A DNA stretch of 64,000 bases from Octopus vulgaris (Eukaryota), in NCBI GenBank assembly GCA_951406725.2, contig OX597822.1, positions 77,004,001 through 77,068,000 on the forward strand. Direction: 5' to 3'. Of this stretch, positions 15,204 through 25,411 are shown piece by piece; position 1 is the first letter of the stretch; each line of letters opens with the position of its first letter. The notes beneath the pieces were generated by a model, which was not told the DNA's origin, did no database searches, and was given only the letters and a program-made list of their open reading frames with translations. The position numbers were made by a program, and so were the translations under genes.

Positions 15204-18200
15204 ATTTACTGTTATGTATACTCATCTGAATCTGCTATTTTCTTTCTCTAATTCTGTCTCTCCATCTTCTTCATTCATAATACAAATCTTATCACTCAAT
15301 CTTACTGTAATCTTTCTTTAACCTTATATCTTCCTCTCCCTTACTCCCTATATCTTCCTCACACAGTTCTTCCTTTCATCTCTCTATAATTATCTCTGGC
15401 TTCTCTTAATTTCTTCTCCAATATTTTTCACCATCTCCCTATCTTTTACTCCCTTAATCCTTTCTAATCTTCCATATACCCCTCCATCTCACCATTTTTT
15501 TTCTGTTTGGTCTCTCCTTCTACCTCAGGTCTGTACATGTCCAGCAAGATCAAAAGCCATGCTCAGATGTTGGCATCCGTGAGCTGTGCTACTGTTCCGA
15601 AAATCACAATTATCACCGGGAATGCTTTTGGCCAAGATCACTACTTAATGGTTAGCTTTCTTTTTGTTTTTGTTTTGAAATTTCTACATGCTACATCTCT
15701 CTTCCTTTCTGTGATTTTTTTAAAGGGGTCAGTTATCCTCAAACCAGAGACTCGGTCTAAATATTTGCAACAACATGAACTCTGCTGAAGGTATCCAAAG
15801 ACTGGGTCATCATCTTCAGCATCGTTTAACGTCCGTTTTCCATGATGGCATGGGTTGGATGGTTTGACTGAGGATTGGCAAGCCAGTAGGCTGCACCAGG
15901 ATCCAATCCGATCTGGCAAGGTTTCTACAGGTGGATCCCTTTCCTAATGCCAATCACTCCAAGAGTGTACAGGGTGGTTTTTATGTGCCACTGGCACAGG
16001 AGCCAGTCAGGCGGTACTGGCATCAACCACTTTCAGATGGTGCTTTTTACATGTCACCAGAACAGGAGCCAGCCAGGGTGGGGTGGGGATGGGGGTACCG
16101 GCATTGACTATGTTCAGATGGTGCTTTTTATGTGCCACCAGCAGCAGAGTAAGTCATGCGGCACAGACATCGACCACATTCAGATGTTGCTCTTTATGTG
16201 CCACCAGCACAGGGGCCAGTCGGGCAGGTGGGGTACTGGCATCGACTACATTTGGATGGTGCTTTTTACGTGCCACCAGCAGTGGAGCAAGTTATGCGAC
16301 ACAGACATCGACCACATTCAGATGTTGCTCTTTATGTGCCACCGGCACAGGGGCCCGTCGGGCAGGTGGTGTACTGGCATCGACTACATTTGGATGGTGC
16401 TTTTTACGTGCCACCAGCAGAGGAGCAAGTCATGTGGCACTGGCATTGACCACGTTCAGATGTTGCTCTTTATGTGCCACCGGCACAGGGGCCTGTCGGG
16501 CAGGTGGTGTACTGGCATCGACTACATTTGGATGGTGCTTTTTACGTCCCACCAGCAGAGGAGCAAGTCATGTGGCACAGACATTGACCACGTTCAGATG
16601 TTGCTCTTTATGTGCCACCGGCACAGTGGCCAGTCGGGCAGGTGGAGTACTGGCATCGACTACATTTGGATGGTGCTTTTTACGTGCCACCAGCAGAGGA
16701 GCAGACATCGACCACATTCAGATGTTGCTCTTTATGTGCCACCGGCACAGGAGCCAACCGGGCAGGTGGGGTACGGGCATCGACTACATTTGGATGGTAC
16801 TTTTTACGTGCCTCCAGCAGAGGAGCAAGTTATGCAGCACAGACATCGACCATATTCAGATGTTGCTCTTTATGTGCCACCGGCACAGGGGCCAGTCAGA
16901 CTGGTGGGGTACTGGCATCGACCACATTTGGATGGTGCTTTTTACGTGCTGCCAGCACAGGAACCAGTTGTGGGGGTGGGGAGGACTGGCATTGACCATA
17001 TTCGGATGGTACTTTTTACATGCTACCTGCACTGGCATCGACCCATGTTTGAATGGTGATGGTCTTAAAACAGGTAATGGATTAAGGGTACAACCTAAGA
17101 ACTCAAAATATTCCAACAATCTAAACGAATATTGCAATTTATCTTGTCTGGTGTTTTCAAAGTTCTGCCAATTACACGCTTTGGACATTTTATTTCTTTT
17201 GACTCCCTGCCAAAAAATGAAAGGTGAAGTTGACCTTGGCAAGATTTGAACGTAAAATACAAAGAATCAGAGCAAATACCACAAGGCATTTTGTTTTATG
17301 TTCTAACAACTTTGCCAATTTGTCGATTAGACAATTGTGTAATTTACTAGATTACACCATTGGATTAATCCAATGGATAACATCACTGGATTAAACCTAA
17401 GCTTTTGAATAATTCATTGGATCACACCCAGGTAATTGTGTAATCCATTTAGTAATTGTTATTTAACCCTGAGTCTGTATTCTGTATTCTGCATGTAACT
17501 ACCACATCTTTTATTCAGACTACATTATTCAAAGTATTCTCCAATTTTTACTTAGAGACGTTTGATTTGAAAGTATTTATTGCAGAAGGAGCAACAATGT
17601 GGAGGCAATCCAACTGTGACCAGCTAATCTGATCACTGTAAATTATATGAGAAAAGGAAACTTTAATTTCAACATCAAAAACATTAGGGACGCAATAAAT
17701 GTATCAATAACACTTTTAGTTCTGCTCTATTGAATCCTTGTTAATCTCCGATTTTCTCCTGTTCTTTTGAATGTCTATCCACAGGGAGGTCGTGCTGTTG
17801 GCCCAAATTTTGTCTTCTGCTGGCCAAATGCCAAAGTTGGTGCTATGGATGCAGGAGAAATTCTGCAAGCTATGAAACAGGTATGGTCGGACAAGGCAGA
17901 CATTCTCATTCACTTTTGCTTCATCATCATCACCAACCCCATCTTTTTGTATTTTCTGCTGAAATATTCCTTTATATTCGAAAATATAAAGACACAGATC
18001 ATGTCATATAGCCAGCTGGAGACAATGTCACCTGGGGCTTAATTACAGCAACATTCATCCTAAACCAGGACTGCCATGTTATGTTGGTAAATTATCTTTA
18101 CTCGAATATTCCTTTAGTTCATGTTTATATTTTACACTGAATATTTCCGCATTTCATACTTGTATTTTTTATAGACTTACAACATGTCATTGAATTAACA

Positions 18201-19283
18201 GACTTTTATAGACTTGTGGCACCTTGGGCAAGTGTCTTCTACTATAGCCTCAGGCCAACCAAAGCCTTGTGAGTGGATTTGGTAGATGGAAACTGAAAGA
18301 AGCCTGTTGTATATATGTGTTTGTGTGTCTGTGTTCGTCTCCCCAACATCACTTGACAATCGATGCTGGTGTGTTAACATCCCCGTAACCTAGCGGTTCA
18401 GCAAAAGAGGCCGATAGAATAAGTACTAGGCTTACAAAGAATAAATCCTGGGGTCGATTTGCTCAACTAAAGGCGGTGCTCCAGCATGGCCACAGTCAAA
18501 TGACTGAAACAAATAAAAGAGTAAGAGAGACTTATTCATGGAATTAATTGTATTTTTTGTTCTTTGATATGTTTTAAAAGGTAACAGTAAAGGCAAGTAG
18601 TCAAGTGGTCAGGGTATTTGGCTCAAGATTGTAAGGTCATGAATTCAGTTCCAAGCAATCCATTGTGTCCTTGAGCAAGACTCTTTATTTCATATTGTTC
18701 CATTCTATTCAGCTGGCAAAAACAAGTTGTACCTGTAATTCAAAGGGGCCAGCCACGTCACATTCTGTCTCACACTGAATCTCCCCAAGAACTACATTAA
18801 GGGTACGAATGCCCATGGAGTACTCAGCCGCTTGCACATTACTTTCATGAGCAGGTGGTTCCGTTGATCAGACCAGCTGGAGCCCTCATCATCGTAAGTG
18901 CCAATAGCAGGTAGGAAGCTAGCAGAATCATTAACATGTTGGGCAAAACACTCATAGGTATTTCATCCAGCTCTTTTTACATTCTGAGTTCAAACCTTGC
19001 TCAGGTCAACTCTGACTTTCATCATTTCAGGATTGGTAAGATAAAATATCAATAAAGTACTAGGGTTGATATAATTGACTTTCCCCCTCCCCTCAAAAAT
19101 TTCAGTTCTTGAACTCTACAATGGACTAGCATCCCCTTCAGTGGAAATGTGATCTTGGTGACTACTACATCATGGAACCTTGGTGACGGGCCTTATGGGT
19201 CCTTGGGCACAAGGCATACAAAGAACAAAACTTGTTACAAAGATTTTATCACATTGCTTTCCTAATTTGTAGTCATATGACAG

Positions 19284-19329
<46 letters not shown>

Positions 19330-21561
19330 AAATGGCTGATAATAAAGTTCTAATAATTTTATAGGATGTTAACATGGATGAAGAAACAGAGAAGAAGATG
19401 AGAGGAAAACTGGAGAAGCAATCTTCAGCTGTGTATGCTTCCAGCAGACTTTGGAATGATGGAATAATTATGCCAGAAGATACTCGACAGGTTAGTTGAA
19501 CAGTCATAAAAAAGCCAAACTTCTATCGTCATCATTTAAAGTCCACTTTTCCATGCCTGCATGGGTCAGATGGAATTTGTTAAGGCAGATTTTCTATGAC
19601 CAGATGCTCTATCTGTCACCAACCCTCACTTGTTTCCAAGCAAGGTAATATTTCCCCATGGCCAGATATGTTTTTTGCAGAAGATTGGGAATGAACAACA
19701 CTGCTTGTATGACAGTGATGCTCATTTACAATCATCACATGATGTTAAGACAAAGGTACATGCACACACAAACATGCATACATACACATATACAATGGCC
19801 TTCTTTCAGTCTACCAAATTCACTGGCTAGACATTGGTCAACCTGGGGCTATAGTAGATGACACTTGCCGAAGGTGCTACACAATGGGGATGAACCCATG
19901 ACCACATGGTCAAGAAGTAAGCTTCCTAACCATGCAGCCACACCTGTATGTAGATATTAGAAAGTGTTTCTGTCAAACAATTATAGTATGTCTCCCTTTC
20001 CTTATCTTCTGAAACACAAAGTCAATTTTTATCGATTGAGTTTAGTTTAAATGGATACCACAGGCTCAAACTGCTCCATGTGGAAGGTATTTGTAGAAAA
20101 TTTCCTGAGGAAAAAAATATCCATTTTTCTGAAAGTTACATGGGAAAATTTACAAGGGAAAATGAATTATGGGAGAAAATACCTTTCTCCCACCTCTAAA
20201 AATATTTTTCATCCAAAATTCTGATATATAATGAAATCAACATTATCTGAAATGTATCTGTTGAAAATTTCATTAGAAAAATATCTATTTCCCTGAAAGT
20301 TATGAGGAAACAAAATCAACAGGAGGGGGGGGGCTTTCTGATGTAAATTAAAATCACTTTTCTTATTCAGCTTCGTATTTCTTCAGGAACACCCAACAAG
20401 TATTAATGAATATTAGAATCAACATAATTTGGCTGACACTGGATTAAACTTATTTGTTGAAAGTATCATTGCAAATGTTTGGACAACATGTATATTTCAG
20501 GAGTATATATAGCTGTTAAATACCACAGTAAATTGAAATGTCATATTGAATAAGATTAGTGACTGAAGCATGTTCTTGAAATATTTAATTATAAAGAAAT
20601 TTAAAGCTACATTTTGATAAAGATGCATTAATCCTATCATTACAGTATTTATTTTGAGATACTCTGTTTTTCTTTCAATTACTTTAAATCATCATCATCA
20701 TCATTTAGCATCCGTTTTCCAAGCTAGCATGGGTTGGACGGTTTAACTGGGGTATGTGAAGCCGGAAGGCTTCATCAGGCCCAGTCAGATTTGGCAGTGT
20801 TTCTACGGCTGAATGCCCTTCCTAACGCCAACCACTTCGTGAGTGTAGTGGGTGCTTTTTACGTGCCACCTGCACAACAAAGAATTTAGTAAAATAACTT
20901 AGTTATCATTAAGCTAGTGTTAGGAACATAAATTGTGACTAAGGTTTGGTGTAAGATTTTAATTCAAAACTTATGAAAACAAGACATTTGTACTCAGAGC
21001 CAGAGCCGATTTCAGCTGGGTTGGTAACAAAAGGGTTAAAATTAGAATTTACGAAAAATTTCCAGACAGTCTACACTTTAATAACTGTTTTCTTCAAGTA
21101 AAAGTTACATAATCCCAAATAATAAAGTGGTTTTCCTTATTATAGTATAGATATATGCAAGTGTGTACTCTTGACTTCACATCACATGATGATTATAAAG
21201 AGTACCTATCTCATGCAAGTGAAAATATATCTGGCTGTTGAGAAACCTTACTTGGAAACAGGTGAATGTTGGCAACAGGAAAGGCACCTGACTGTAGAAA
21301 ATATGCTCCTACATGTTCCATCTAGCCTATACAAGCATGGAAAAATGGTTGTTAAATGGTGAGTACAATCCGTAAAGTGAATGGTAATAGGAAAAGCACT
21401 CACCTGTTGCAACCATGCCAAGTAAAGCTACATAACAGATTTTTGTTTTTCTTTTTTCTTTTCTGAATATTTCTTTCTGTTTGTTGCAGGTCATCAGTCG
21501 GTGTCTCGCGATAACACAACGAAACATAACTAAACAACAGAAACCGTTGCTCAGAATGTAA
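1033..21561 (+). CDS. MCCC2L: Methylcrotonoyl-CoA carboxylase beta chain-like (MCCC2-like paralog), probably mitochondrial; join(1033..1528,6443..6621,7986..8066,9989..10167,12300..12489,13991..14082,14584..14750,15529..15650,17785..17880,19365..19490,21490..21561), 599 aa
   Basis: Exons join in frame (1800 nt incl. TAA) with GT..AG introns and consistent phases. Carboxyltransferase motifs: [81 protein letters not shown]-terminal LRM*. Basic, acid-poor N-terminus resembles a mitochondrial presequence. Confidence 0.92.
3090..3305 (+). mobile_element. tRNA-derived SINE family B copy
   Basis: GAGTTCAAATTC B-box followed by GAGGTCGACTTTG..TTTCATCC..CGGGGTCGATAAA core; recurs at ~18915, 24690, 31870, 32800-33855, 40430, 46255, 60620. 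Confidence 0.8.
3575..3900 (-). mobile_element. tRNA/CORE-like SINE family A copy
   Basis: Reverse complement of the family A sequence at 48117-48486. Confidence 0.8.
4100..5145. repeat. Composite foldback: inverted ~150-bp arms with decayed hammerhead motifs, enclosing a head-to-head tRNA-like palindrome and a ~560-bp repeat
   Basis: ~4107-4260 is the reverse complement of ~4983-5140; 4262-4407 is palindromic; modules are separated by (AAT)n. Confidence 0.85.
4424..4985. repeat. ~560-bp interspersed repeat, unclassified
   Basis: Inverted second copy at ~24850-25385; both copies abut (AAT/ATT)n. Confidence 0.85.
5572..5950 (-). mobile_element. SINE family A copy with internal (CA)n(TA)n
   Basis: Matches family A reverse complement. 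Confidence 0.85.
6443..6621 (+). CDS. MCCC2L: MCCC2-like coding exon 2
   Basis: tttcAG|GC ATT GGT; [22 protein letters not shown]...[12 protein letters not shown]; donor GTGAGT. Confidence 0.95.
6895..7935 (-). mobile_element. Non-autonomous Helitron-like element
   Basis: Minus strand reads A|TCTAATAC...GC-rich subterminal segment...CTAG|T with no TSD; interior is microsatellite-rich. Confidence 0.5.
7218..7253 (-). ncRNA. Minimal type I hammerhead ribozyme motif (U3-A8 variant)
   Basis: CAG-UUGAAAA-AGUC(UCAAU)GACU-GAAA-CUGG-UA-CUG. Confidence 0.6.
7986..8066 (+). CDS. MCCC2L: MCCC2-like coding exon 3
   Basis: tttcAG|[27 protein letters not shown]|GTAAAT. Confidence 0.95.
8100..8290 (-). 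mobile_element. Short PLE pLTR-like element with hammerhead motif (8202-8237) between (TA)n tracts
   Basis: UUU-CUGACGA-A-GAGC(UCC)GCUC-GAAA-CAUU-AAA; resembles the pLTR end at 55795-55960. Confidence 0.65.
8877..9045 (+). mobile_element. SINE family A 5' part
   Basis: tRNA-like head plus GACACCTTGGGCAAGTGTCTT core. Confidence 0.8.
9989..10167 (+). CDS. MCCC2L: MCCC2-like coding exon 4
   Basis: tttcAG|[19 protein letters not shown]...[14 protein letters not shown]...LGGAALHS|GTAAAG. Confidence 0.95.
10605..10920 (-). mobile_element. SINE family D (RTE-like (GAT)n tail) with 2-3 internal ~66-bp repeats
   Basis: CATCATCGT..TTAACGTC..TTTCCATGCTGGCATGGGTTGG shared with ~5290, 12505, 15815, 19525, 20690. 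Confidence 0.75.
10938..11358 (-). mobile_element. SINE family A, near full length
   Basis: Matches family A reverse complement. Confidence 0.85.
11603..11975 (+). mobile_element. SINE family A, near full length (inverted relative to 10938-11358)
   Basis: GGAGTGGCTGTGTG...GGCACCTTGGGCAA...GCAGTCAAATGACTGAAGCAAG. Confidence 0.85.
12300..12489 (+). CDS. MCCC2L: MCCC2-like coding exon 5
   Basis: ggcAG|C ATG; [16 protein letters not shown]...MDPYK|GTAAGT. Confidence 0.93.
13991..14082 (+). CDS. MCCC2L: MCCC2-like coding exon 6
   Basis: tcAG|[30 protein letters not shown]|GTGAGT. Confidence 0.93.
14584..14750 (+). CDS. MCCC2L: MCCC2-like coding exon 7
   Basis: tacAG|[43 protein letters not shown]...GEY|GTAAGT. 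Confidence 0.93.
15529..15650 (+). CDS. MCCC2L: MCCC2-like coding exon 8
   Basis: Long pyrimidine tract, ctcAG|[40 protein letters not shown]|GTTAGC. Confidence 0.92.
15970..17045. repeat. Intronic minisatellite with 138-bp higher-order unit (72+66 bp), expanded inside a family D SINE starting at ~15815
   Basis: CAGACATCGACCAC recurs at 16164 and 16302; two related subunits alternate. Confidence 0.92.
17785..17880 (+). CDS. MCCC2L: MCCC2-like coding exon 9
   Basis: cacAG|[32 protein letters not shown]|GTATGG. Confidence 0.93.
18215..18522 (+). mobile_element. SINE family A, 5'-truncated
   Basis: Matches 48180-48486. Confidence 0.85.
18589..18903 (+). mobile_element. tRNA-derived SINE family C
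   Basis: tRNA-like head then GTGTCCTTGAGCAAGAC...GAGAACTACGTTAAGGG body; also at 26573, 35262, 44160. Confidence 0.8.
19365..19490 (+). CDS. MCCC2L: MCCC2-like coding exon 10
   Basis: atAG|[42 protein letters not shown]|GTTAGT. Confidence 0.92.
20628..21039. mobile_element. piggyBac-like MITE interrupted by a family D SINE (~20690-20875)
   Basis: TTAA(t)CCT...AAAGGGTTAA termini; related to the MITE spanning ~21708-23613. Confidence 0.55.
21490..21561 (+). CDS. MCCC2L: MCCC2-like terminal coding exon 11
   Basis: tgcAG|[23 protein letters not shown]; the RM* terminus is typical of MCC beta chains. Confidence 0.92.
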   Translation, partial: VISRCLAITQRNITKQQKPLLRM

Positions 21562-21784
21562 CCAGCTGTGATCCAGTCAGTATAGCCCAGATCATAACTT
21601 TCTAAGCTTAACAGTGAAAAATCCATCCTCATGACGTAACTAAATATAAAAATGCTACTTCTCAGAATGCTGCAGGATATTCAATCAAAATACAAAACAC
21701 CAATTTGTTAATCTTTATGTTACCATGTTTCTTTCAAAATACACCATCTTTGTTTCAATTAATTCCTAAAATAATGAAGAATTT

Positions 21785-23451
21785 ACTATTGAACCTTGGT
21801 AGGGGCATTATGCCGGTAATAATAAACACATGCACTGGTTAGGTCCTTTTTTGTTCTTGTTAGCTAATGGGTTAGTTACTCCACTAACAAACTTATCAAT
21901 CAGCTGTTGTTTTCGGGTTTTTTTTTTACAAGACTTCATGCATCGCATGCAATTTTCAAGATACACCCAGAAAGATAGGATCCTACTGTACATGGGAACT
22001 AGCAAGAAATTTGAGGAGATTGTGAATAAAGATGCCAATGGAACACAACCTAGGTACTGTAATAAGCAATGGAATAAAATACAAAGAATTTATGATAAAT
22101 TGAACAAAAAGAACATGCGGTACAATGCTGACAAGTTTCAAGGGATGATGTTTGTAGAAGCCACACCACATGGGGAACTAACCTGCAGATTTAGAAAAAT
22201 CCTGAAGGATATTAAGTTGAACATAAAAGTCATAGAAAAATTAGGGAGATCTATCAGGCCAGTAATATGCAAAACATACCCCTTCAGAAATACCATGTGT
22301 GTAGAGGAGAATTGTGTAGTGTGAAAATATAACCCTGGTGTCAACTTGCAAAGCCAGAAATGTAGTTTACCAAATAAACTGCATGGATGGTGATTGTAAA
22401 AACTGGAAGATTGCAAACATAGGTGAAACAGCAAGAAGTTTGGCTGAGATTATAAATGAACATTGGAGGGGGTACATGGATCAAAGACAAACCTTGATAC
22501 TCTACCAGTATGCCAAAAAACAACATGGTGATGTGCTGAACTGGATTAGCATAGAAATCCTGTCTAGACATCCTGACCACACACCGCTATGACAGATACA
22601 GGAGTCAGTCTTCATAAATGAAGCAACCAGTTTTGAATAGTAAATACTCTCAATAAAAAAGGCCTTACAAAGAACCACGGACGCATACACACAGTTATAC
22701 ACACAAACACACATGCAAAGACAAACAACAGACATGCCCTCACGCCCACACACACATGCACACTTATGCACATACATGGAAACATACATAAAGAAATACA
22801 TACACACGCACAGACACATGCAAACACAGACATGCTCATACACACATGCCCACACAGACACACGTGTACGCATATGCATGCTCATACTTACTTACGGATA
22901 GATATCAATTTATTCAACTTTTATTAAATAAAGAGAGAAACGTTATATGGATGAATGTGAGTGTTTGTGAAGAAAACCAAAACCACTAACTTATATATAT
23001 GAAAAATGGCATAAGTCAGTATTTAAAACACACATGGATGCACACATATAAACACACACATACAGACATACTCATCTTGGACAAAACCAAATGCTGAAAC
23101 ATAATTTCAGAAGAAATGGAAGTAGAGAGACATGTCACTGAAGAGAATGCAATGAGATAATTATTTGATAAAAAAAAAAAACAAGAAATGGCATGAACTA
23201 TAATGAAAAATTGAACTATTGATTAGATGTTGGACCAAAGTGTTTAACATACGAGTTAGAAAAACTAGAAAAAAATGGCTGACCGATAAGTTTGTTAGCA
23301 GAGTAACTAACCCATTAGCTAACAATAAAGGACCAAACCAGTGTGTATGTTTATTATTACTGACATAATGCCCCTCCCAAGGTTCAATAGTATTTCTTTC
23401 AACACACGAATTCACAACAAGAATCTTGCAAACCAAATACAAATACGAACT
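21785..23451 (+). mobile_element. 5'-truncated Penelope-like element (RT thumb + GIY-YIG remnant, probably Naiad-like) with inverted terminal segment and 11-bp TSD
   Basis: Translates MFVEATPHGEL..KVIEKLG..CxxxxCxx*..CKARNVVYQINC..C..IGETARSLAE..NEH..H; ATGAAGAATTT at 21774-21784 and 23452-23462; ~21785-21918 is inverted at ~23262-23391; one frameshift and stops. Confidence 0.85.
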
Positions 23452-23677
23452 ATGAAGAATTTTGTCAAATAACTCAATATTAAACTAGAGTTTGGAACAC
23501 AAATTAACATGAAATTTCGATGGAAGTTTTAAATTTAGATCTCTTTAAAGCTGGAAGTTTGAGTCATAAAACCAGGAGTGGTCTCAGGCTGGGGTTGATA
23601 TCAAAAGGGTTAATGAAACTAAACACTGAACATTAGTAACCATGAGGTAACTAAACATCAGACAGTAGTCCTGAAGT

Positions 23678-23902
23678 ACCTTTTAGTATTCAGATTTCTC
23701 TTTCGAATGTAATGTTTATTGGTTCACATTCTGTTGAATTAATCCTCCATTATCTTGTAAATTTAAGATTTTGATAAGGCAATTGTTTATTATTCGAATG
23801 GTATGGTAGGGTAGGTGTAAGAGGCTGTATTTGACCAGTTTAAACTTAAAACAGGCCCAATTTTTGGGCTGGATATGGCTGGTTTAAATGCTAAAGGGTC
23901 AA
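23678..23902. mobile_element. piggyBac-like MITE remnant
   Basis: CCTTTTAGTATT...AATGCTAAAGGGTCAA imperfect TIRs. Confidence 0.45.
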
Positions 23903-24523
23903 ATACTGAATAGCCAGTCATGTAAATTTAAGTATTTAACTCAACAAACAAGCAATTTATCTCTAGTAACCAATACCAATGTGATGAAAGGTGATAGATT
24001 TTCCTAATTGGTCTTAACATGATTAGAACTCAGATATGGAAAGACAAAAAAAAATCCAGATATTGTAACATCATTTCCTCCAGAACCTTACCATTTCCAT
24101 CCACTTACTATCTTCCTATACAAGACTTGCGGATGTTTGTTTTCATTTTGTTATAAAAATTAGAAATAGGTTATCGATAGTCTCTGCGGGTCATACTTGG
24201 GAATCCGGCAGGAAATTTGATGATAGTGGTTTCTGAGACAACTCAATAGAGGAGGTGCCTGAGGAAGCCACAATCTTCACCTTCTCTCACAATCTTCCCA
24301 GAAACAGTGGACAGTTAAAGAAACAAGAAATTACTAAATTACATGACTTCCTTTTGTCAGCAATTCTTCAAAACTTCATCACTGAGGTATTTGTGTTTAT
24401 CAACACTATATCACTGATATCTCAATACTTTGATAAAAGGTTTACTGTTTATATTTTTCTAAAAATTCCAATATTTGTTTAGAAAACAATATATTTTTTT
24501 CAATGATCAAAAACGAATGTTTG

Positions 24524-24560
24524 TAATAAATAAATATTTTTTAAAGTTGTGTTTGTTTTG
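24524..24560 (+). promoter_or_regulatory. Candidate polyadenylation signal for the MCCC2-like gene
   Basis: Overlapping AATAAA hexamers followed by GT/T-rich TTGTGTTTGTTTTG; no transcript evidence. Confidence 0.3.
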
Positions 24561-24849
24561 CTTTGTATCATAATATCAATGTTGGTCGTCTTACTGCGAT
24601 TCTTTCATTTACATAAGTTAGAAATTTGAGAGATGTAAAATAAATTGATTTTAGCGGTAGGACTTGAAGTAAATGAAGCTCTAAATAATGGTTTCAAATT
24701 TTGGCACAAGGCCAGGAATTTCAAGGGAGTGGGTAAGTCGATAACATCGAGCTCCAGTGAAACACTGGGGGTCAACGTAATCAACTAATCTCTTCCCCAC
24801 AAATTTGAGGCTGTGTGCCCCCAGTAGAAAGGATCATTATTTTTATAAT

Positions 24850-25379
24850 TATTGAGTGAGAGAGCAGTGCATGCCATCAAAGTGACACTAAGGGAAAATA
24901 TACGAAGCCCAGTATACCCATCATGACTATCCATCTGATAAGGGTACACCAGGCACATGCATCACAACCATATGTGTGCAACATGGTGATCTTATATCAA
25001 GATAAACAGTGCATAAACTTTTGGTTGAGTAGCCCATCCCACTCAAAAGTTCCCTGAATAAGGGTTGTTTAAGGATGTTGAACGAACCACCCATGTTTCC
25101 AAAGGTGAATTATCCAAACCTCTAAGAATTCCTTTCAACACATGGCTATGATGCTCCCGCACTACTTCTGCTCGTGATCAGAAATGCACATATCATCAGC
25201 CACTAAGAGACATGTTCAACTGCTTAAGGTCAAACAACTGACAAACAAATCTGTGGTATTGGGCAGAATATTTGCTGTAGCCCATCTTTTATACCAAGAC
25301 AAAACAATGTACATGATAACACTGCCAGTTAGATAAGATCAGAAGCCATGAGAGCCACTGCCTGGTGCTGCATCAGGGC

Positions 25380-25385
<6 letters not shown>
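24850..25385. repeat. Second (inverted) copy of the 4424-4985 repeat
   Basis: Reverse-complement similarity throughout. Confidence 0.85.

Positions 25386-25411
<26 letters not shown>

Noticed and set aside
15947-17249. Long Cys/His-rich ORFs and a CRISPR-like regular array
   Set aside because: There are no unique spacers and the context is a eukaryotic intron. The open frames follow from stop-free repeat units with lengths divisible by 3.
1033-21561. Canonical MCCC2 ortholog or PCCB
   Set aside because: Motifs differ from canonical MCCC2 ([15 protein letters not shown] rather than the LPRQ..VFPDRDHFGR pattern; no ITGFMVG), and the RM* terminus and overall motif set fit MCC-beta rather than PCCB. 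Called as a paralog pending phylogeny.
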